Assembly (NCBI GenBank): GCA_022825265.1 | Contig: JAJDXE010000011.1 | Span: 90,204 to 154,203 of the forward strand | Origin: Dehalococcoidia bacterium | GTDB taxonomy: Bacteria; Chloroflexota; Dehalococcoidia; Bin125 | Direction: 5' to 3' | Length of the DNA stretch: 64,000 nt | Part shown: positions 58,938 to 64,000 of the stretch, one piece after another | How positions within the stretch are numbered: the stretch's first letter is position 1 | How the letters are laid out: each line of letters begins with the position of its first letter | The notes under the pieces: generated by a model | Databases searched by the model: none | Told to the model about the DNA's origin: nothing | What the model saw: the letters and a program-made list of their open reading frames with translations, nothing else | Position numbers and translations under genes: made by a program

Positions 58938-60830
58938 CTAGCGCGACATCGGCGCGTCGGCCGGGCGGCGGAAGGCGAAGCCTCCTGATTCTCCGTTGAA
59001 GCCTCCCTCGACGACCTGGGCTGTTGGCGTCACCGACTCGTTGATGATCGGCAGGAGCAGGCGTGATGCTCTCTCACCTCCGAGGCCGAGCGTGAGCGTG
59101 GCTTCGTCTCCCTGGGTGGGGACGACGAGGTTATCGGAGTCGGCTGCGGCGATCGTGAGGCGCAGGCGGTCTCCGGCTCGGATGATGCTGGAGATTGGAT
59201 ACATCTCAACCTGGAGGTCCATTTGCTCTCCGGCATTGACGGGCGCGAGGTCTGCCTTGCTCCAGCTATGCCAGACCGGACCCTCGTGGCCGCCAGGGTC
59301 GTCTCCGGTTCGGCGATGGGCGAAGTTGAGGAAGCCCTCGGACAGGTAGGCGGCGGAGCCGTCGGCGGCGATCTGCTCCAACGTCACGACGACCGCGCCG
59401 CGGTCCGAGGAGGTTGAGAGCTCAAGCCGGAGGGCCGGCCATCCGGTGACTTCGATGTCTTCCGCCAACGGCTCGCTGGTGAAGCTCAGGCAGTCCTCGG
59501 CGCGCGCGTTGAGGTCAACCGTGTTGATGTACAGGTCCTGGCTGTAGTAGCTGTGCCGGCTCAGGGTGCCGAGGCTCACCTCGTGGTCCACCTCGTAGGA
59601 CATCGCCGATCGGTCGGCGGGACGAGTGGCGGTCAATCCGCCGTCGGCGCTCAGCCACTGCGTCCGGTTCCGTGCCTCGGGCAGCGGTAGGCGCGGCGCC
59701 GACTTCCACTGCGTCGCACCCGACGGCTCGCTTGCGCCGTAGTGGACCTGCGGATCGTCCATCACGCCGTTGTCGACGTCCCTGAGCCAGTAGTCAAACC
59801 AGCGCAGCAGCTCGGGGTCGCCGCCCTGTCCGTGATTCCAGGGACCGATAAGCAGCTTCTTGGGCACGTCCAGACGATTGAACGCATCGATCAGGTATCC
59901 GGGAAAGGTCAGGTCCCACCAGCCGGTAACGAGATAGGTGGGGACGCCGCTCGCGTTGATCATATCGGTGGAGTCGAACCAGCCGCTGGCGACCTCGCCC
60001 AGGCCGATGTCGGGTCGCGGCTTGCGACGCATCAGGCCATCGTACGACGACATCCGCGTGACATCGCGTGGATCCATCTCCGAGAACGCTTCGACCCAGC
60101 GATACCCGTCGGGCGAGTGCGAGTCCATTGCGTCTCGTTGCAGGGCGTCGCCGTCGGGACCGTCAACGGGGGCGGACGGTTCGTGTTCGGAGAGGCCCTT
60201 GTGCAACTGTTCCCAGACGCGGGCGAAGCTGCTGATGGCCAGCCCACCGTCGACATAACACTGCGGCAGCCCCGGGTACTGCGGAGCGATGCACTTGAGC
60301 CCCTCGGGCTGGTGCGCGGCCGTGAAGAACTGGATCATCCCCTCATAGGAAATGCCGACCATACCGACTCGGCCAGTCGACCAGTCCTGTGCGCAGATCC
60401 ACTCGATGACTTCGGCAATGTCATGGCCGGCCAGCCACGAGTCGTTGTACAGCTCGCCGAACGAGGCGCCGGTGCCGCGCAGGTCGAGCGAGACAAAGCG
60501 ATAGCCGTGGTGGATGAGGTCGCGCGCAATGGGGCGCTCCTCGTACTGCGTGACCAGTTCGCCCGGCTCCATCGCGCGCAGCTCTTGCTGGTAGCGCGCA
60601 GCCGACGTCCCCTCGCCGGTCAGGATGAACGAGCGGCGGTACGGCGTGCAGTGCAGCACGGTCGGCGACGGAGACTCGATCCGCCGACCGTCGAGCGCGG
60701 GATGCAGGACGTCGACAGCGATCCGGCAGCCGTCCTGCATCGTCAGGTACAGCGACTCTCGCTGGTATCCGTCGGCGACGACATCTGTAAAGCTCTCATA
60801 GACGCCGAGTAGTGATCGTGGACTCGTCAT
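58938..60830 (-). CDS. CocE/NonD family serine hydrolase
   Basis: TPY, DLRGTGASFG, GISYEG, GWWD, IGPWNH, C-terminal jelly-roll. Confidence 0.92.
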   Translation of the reverse strand: MTSPRSLLGVYESFTDVVADGYQRESLYLTMQDGCRIAVDVLHPALDGRRIESPSPTVLHCTPYRRSFILTGEGTSAARYQQELRAMEPGELVTQYEERPIARDLIHHGYRFVSLDLRGTGASFGELYNDSWLAGHDIAEVIEWICAQDWSTGRVGMVGISYEGMIQFFTAAHQPEGLKCIAPQYPGLPQCYVDGGLAISSFARVWEQLHKGLSEHEPSAPVDGPDGDALQRDAMDSHSPDGYRWVEAFSEMDPRDVTRMSSYDGLMRRKPRPDIGLGEVASGWFDSTDMINASGVPTYLVTGWWDLTFPGYLIDAFNRLDVPKKLLIGPWNHGQGGDPELLRWFDYWLRDVDNGVMDDPQVHYGASEPSGATQWKSAPRLPLPEARNRTQWLSADGGLTATRPADRSAMSYEVDHEVSLGTLSRHSYYSQDLYINTVDLNARAEDCLSFTSEPLAEDIEVTGWPALRLELSTSSDRGAVVVTLEQIAADGSAAYLSEGFLNFAHRRTGDDPGGHEGPVWHSWSKADLAPVNAGEQMDLQVEMYPISSIIRAGDRLRLTIAAADSDNLVVPTQGDEATLTLGLGGERASRLLLPIINESVTPTAQVVEGGFNGESGGFAFRRPADAPMSR

Positions 60831-60958
60831 TGGCCGCCTCGTTTCTGCCTAGCGCTATGCAGATGAGTCTTGTCTCGTTGGCGCTGAGGATACTCGCGAC
60901 GCAAGATCGATACGCTGAACCTGGCGGAGAGGCCTGCGGATTTGGACGGGAGTCAGCC

Positions 60959-62230
60959 ATGACGACAATGACGAGCACCCTGGAGCACATCGACCTGGTC
61001 ACGCCGGAACTCTATGGCAGCCGCGGCTATCCCTACGCGGAGTGGGCGCAGTTACGGCGCGAGGCGCCGGTCTACTGGTACGACCGGCCCGGCGTGACGC
61101 CGTTCTGGGCGATCACGAAGTGGGACGACATCCAGCAGATCTCCAGGGACCCGGAGACGTTCATCAGCAGCCAGCGGCTGGTCATCCGTTCCGCCGGTTC
61201 AGGCGACGGCGGTGCGTCCGATCCCAGTTACGCCATTCCCAACCTGATCAACATGGACCCGCCCGAGCACGGTAAGTACCGCTCGGCGACCAACCGGCGG
61301 TTCTCTCCTCGCGGGATGCGGCTGCTGGAGGATCGGATTGATGAGATTGCCGAAGAGGTGATCGACGATGCGGCGGCTCACCTGGTCAGCCAGTTGACCG
61401 ATCGGCGGGAGGCGGACTTTGTGCGCGATGTGGCGGCGCGGATGCCGCTGGCGGCGATCTGCGAGCTGCTGGCGGTTGACCGAGAGTCGTGGGACGACCT
61501 GTTTCACTGGACGAACGAGTTCCTTGGCTCGGAGGATCCGGAGTACCAGCAGGGGCGGACGCGTCGGGAGACGTGGCAGTCGGGGATTCGCGGGCTGCAG
61601 GGTTACTTCATGGCGCACATTGAGCGCAAGCGCCGCGAGCCGGACAACAGCGTGATGACGGCGCTGGTTGAGGCCGAGATCGACGGCGAGCCGATGCCGG
61701 ATCAGGACATCCTCTCGTATGCGATCCTGCTGATCCTGGCCGGCAACGAGACGACTCGGAACGCGACGTCGGGTGGAATGCAGGCGTTGATCGAGCATCC
61801 GGAGCAGTTTGAACTGCTGCGTGATCAGCAGGACCTATTGGACAGCGCGGTGGAGGAGATGCTGCGCTGGACATCGCCGGTTGTGCATTTTGCTCGGACG
61901 GTGACACAGGACACGGAGATTCGCGGGGTGCCGATTAAGGCGGGTGAGACGTTGGCGATGTGGTATCCGTCGGCGAACCGCGATGAGGATGTGTTTGAGC
62001 ACCCAGACGAGTTCGATATCCGTCGGACGCCGAACGAGCACCTGGCCTTTGGCGGCTTTGGCGAGCACTTCTGTCTCGGGGCGAACCTGGCACGGCTGGA
62101 GATGCGGTCGATCTTCCGTCACCTGATCGGGAGGCTGGATGGCTTCCAGATTGAGGGTGAGGTTGAGCGGCTGTCGTCGGGGTTGATCGGTGGGATCAAG
62201 CGGTTGCCGGTGTCGTACACGGTTCGCTAG
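60959..62230 (+). CDS. Cytochrome P450 (CYP125/142-like)
   Basis: MDPPEH..YR, AGNETTRN, EEMLR, HLAFGGFGEHFCLG; start re-called to ATG 60959. Confidence 0.95.
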   Translation: MTTMTSTLEHIDLVTPELYGSRGYPYAEWAQLRREAPVYWYDRPGVTPFWAITKWDDIQQISRDPETFISSQRLVIRSAGSGDGGASDPSYAIPNLINMDPPEHGKYRSATNRRFSPRGMRLLEDRIDEIAEEVIDDAAAHLVSQLTDRREADFVRDVAARMPLAAICELLAVDRESWDDLFHWTNEFLGSEDPEYQQGRTRRETWQSGIRGLQGYFMAHIERKRREPDNSVMTALVEAEIDGEPMPDQDILSYAILLILAGNETTRNATSGGMQALIEHPEQFELLRDQQDLLDSAVEEMLRWTSPVVHFARTVTQDTEIRGVPIKAGETLAMWYPSANRDEDVFEHPDEFDIRRTPNEHLAFGGFGEHFCLGANLARLEMRSIFRHLIGRLDGFQIEGEVERLSSGLIGGIKRLPVSYTVR

Positions 62231-62242
62231 CCGGCAACCTGC

Positions 62243-63004
62243 TCAGAGCGTTGCGCCGCCGTCGACGGTGATGGTTTGGCCGGTGACGAAGATGTTTCTT
62301 TCGATGAGGGCGACGATGGCGTCGGCGCAGGTTTCCGGGGTGGCGACTCCTCGCAGGGGGGCGGTTTCACCGAGGCGCTTGCGGCCTGCCTCGTAGGTGT
62401 CTTCTCCGAGTCCGCCTCGGAGCCAGCGTCCTTCGATAAACCCCGGCGCAATCGTATTGATCCGGATCTCCGGCCCCAGCACGCGAGCTAACGACTTGGT
62501 GATGACGTTGACGCCGGCCTTGCTCGCGGCGTAGGGGATGCAGGAGCCTCCGCCGCCGGCTCCAGCGACGCTTGAGACGTTGACGACCGCGCCCTCGCCC
62601 GCGACTCGCATGTGAGGCGCGGCGGCTCGGGTGCAGTTGAAGACGCCTCGGAGGTTGGCTCCGATGATGTCGTCCCAGACGTCGTCGGTGACGGCTTCGA
62701 GGTCGTCGTGGGCGATGAAGTGGGTCATGCCGGCGTTGTTGACGAGGATTTCGAGGTGGCCGTATTCGTCGATGGCGGCCTGGATCAGGTTGCGGCAGTC
62801 GGCGTCGGCGCGGGTGTCGGCCTGGACGGCGATGGCGGAGCCTCCGGCGGCCTGGATTTCGTCGACGACTCGCTGTCCAGACTCGGCGCCTCGGAAGTAG
62901 TTGACGACGACTGAGGCTCCGAGCGAGGCGAGGAGTTTTGCGGTGGCTGCTCCGACGCCTGATGATGATCCGGTGACGACTGCGACTTTGCCGTTGATGT
63001 CCAT
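62243..63004 (-). CDS. Short-chain dehydrogenase/reductase
   Basis: TGSSSGVG, LVNNAG, YAASK; start ATG 63004 after AAGGA. Confidence 0.93.
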   Translation of the reverse strand: MDINGKVAVVTGSSSGVGAATAKLLASLGASVVVNYFRGAESGQRVVDEIQAAGGSAIAVQADTRADADCRNLIQAAIDEYGHLEILVNNAGMTHFIAHDDLEAVTDDVWDDIIGANLRGVFNCTRAAAPHMRVAGEGAVVNVSSVAGAGGGGSCIPYAASKAGVNVITKSLARVLGPEIRINTIAPGFIEGRWLRGGLGEDTYEAGRKRLGETAPLRGVATPETCADAIVALIERNIFVTGQTITVDGGATL

Positions 63005-63033
63005 GGTGTTCCTTGGTTTGTGGGACGCAGAAG

Positions 63034-63058
63034 GGGCGCCCACAAGGGGCGCCCCTAC
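63034..63058 (-). repeat. GTAG-type REP element
   Basis: GTAGGGGCGCCCCTTGTGGGCGCCC: GTAG tetranucleotide followed by GGGCGCCC-N5-GGGCGCCC hairpin. Confidence 0.7.
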
Positions 63059-63084
63059 ATCTTGCTCCGTGGCGGATGCGCGGT

Positions 63085-64000
63085 CTAGTCGCCGCCGCCG
63101 GCGGCGGCTGCTGCGGCCAGGCCGGCGGGCATGACTTCGGGGATGTCGATGTTGTAGAGCCTGGCCGAGTTTTCCCAGAGGATCTTTCGGCGGACTTCCT
63201 CGGACTGTCCCTCGAGGCCGTCTTCGATGGTTTCCTGCACGTTGCCGTAGAGGCAGGTGGGGTGGGGGAAATCGGTTTCGAAGAGGATGTTGTCGGCTCC
63301 GATGTCGTCGATCAGCTTGCGCGGGGCGACCTTCTCGAACCAGTAGCAGGCGTAGACCTGTCGGCGGAAGTAGTCGGAGGGCATCATCTCGAACTCGGGG
63401 CGGGCCTTGCGGATGTCGGCTGCCATGAAGTGGTAGTCGCAGCTTTCGAGGCAGAAGGGGACCCAGCCGATGCCGGATTCGACCGAGATGAACTTGAGGT
63501 CGGGGAAGCGCGGGAGGACGCCGGAGAGGAGCAGGTCGGTCATCTGGAGGCCGTTGGCCATGAAGAGGACGGTGGAGGTTCGCGCGTAGGTGACCTCGGG
63601 GCCGTCGACGGCGAGGCGCTCGGGGGTGAAGCCGTCGGTGAAGTCGCCGGAGCCGATGTGGAATGAGATCGGGAGACCGGCGTCGGTGGCGATGTTCCAC
63701 AGGGGATCCCAGTGGTGGTCGCCGAGGAAGGGTTCGCCGTGCGACTGTGGATCGCCGGTGAAGAGGATGCCGCGCATACCCTTTGGCGCGACGCGCTCGA
63801 TCTCCTTGACGGAGGCTTCGACGTCCCAGAAGGGGATCGAGATGTTGGCGACGAAGCGCTCGGGGGCGACGGAGATCCAGTCGAGCTGGAAGTCGTTCCA
63901 GGCGCGGACGCATTCGAGCATGAGCTCGGGGTCCTTGAGTGAGAGGAAGCGCTGGGAGGCGAATCCGGCGACGTTGGGGTAGAGGACCTGGGCGTAGACG
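63085..64000 (-). CDS. Amidohydrolase-2 family protein (5' part outside window)
   Basis: RAWNDF, PISFHIG, RFPDLKFISVESGIGW, LFETDFPHP. Confidence 0.92.
   Translation of the reverse strand, partial: VYAQVLYPNVAGFASQRFLSLKDPELMLECVRAWNDFQLDWISVAPERFVANISIPFWDVEASVKEIERVAPKGMRGILFTGDPQSHGEPFLGDHHWDPLWNIATDAGLPISFHIGSGDFTDGFTPERLAVDGPEVTYARTSTVLFMANGLQMTDLLLSGVLPRFPDLKFISVESGIGWVPFCLESCDYHFMAADIRKARPEFEMMPSDYFRRQVYACYWFEKVAPRKLIDDIGADNILFETDFPHPTCLYGNVQETIEDGLEGQSEEVRRKILWENSARLYNIDIPEVMPAGLAAAAAAGGGD

Noticed and set aside
62243-63913. 556-aa ORF as an SDR fusion
   Set aside because: The N-terminal part is an off-frame read of the amidohydrolase gene; the real SDR starts at 63004 with its own RBS.

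Overview
High-GC, gene-dense bacterial chromosomal window. The gene content (luciferase-like monooxygenases, SDR and CoA-transferase paralogues, P450, molybdo-flavoenzyme, CopC/CopD-cytochrome fusion, Gram-positive-type LexA boxes) suggests Chloroflexota/Dehalococcoidia; this is inference only. Core content: carB (5' truncated), pyrK, tRNA-Gly(TCC), a RpoD-like sigma factor, the glyoxylate shunt aceB-aceA, an isocitrate/isopropylmalate dehydrogenase, metH, nhaA, a three-subunit xanthine-dehydrogenase-family enzyme with MoaD, a copper-handling operon and a CoA-dependent catabolic operon. Small accessory inserts are a BrnT/BrnA-like toxin-antitoxin pair and an AIPR gene with an orphan HicB. No CRISPR, rRNA, integrase or transposase was seen. 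The most unusual signals are: (1) four dispersed, related intergenic elements (~17.8, 38.7, 47.5, 53.7 kb) made of 10-bp-periodic (C/T)C(T/C)G(A/G)AC repeats, three of them headed by a LexA-like box next to a -10 element and a short non-conserved ORF; (2) a circularly permuted CcdA; (3) a catalytic plus metal-less pair of ferritin-like diiron proteins; (4) a leader with mutually exclusive pairings upstream of the molybdoenzyme operon; (5) a frameshifted secreted HEXXH/Ig-repeat protein.
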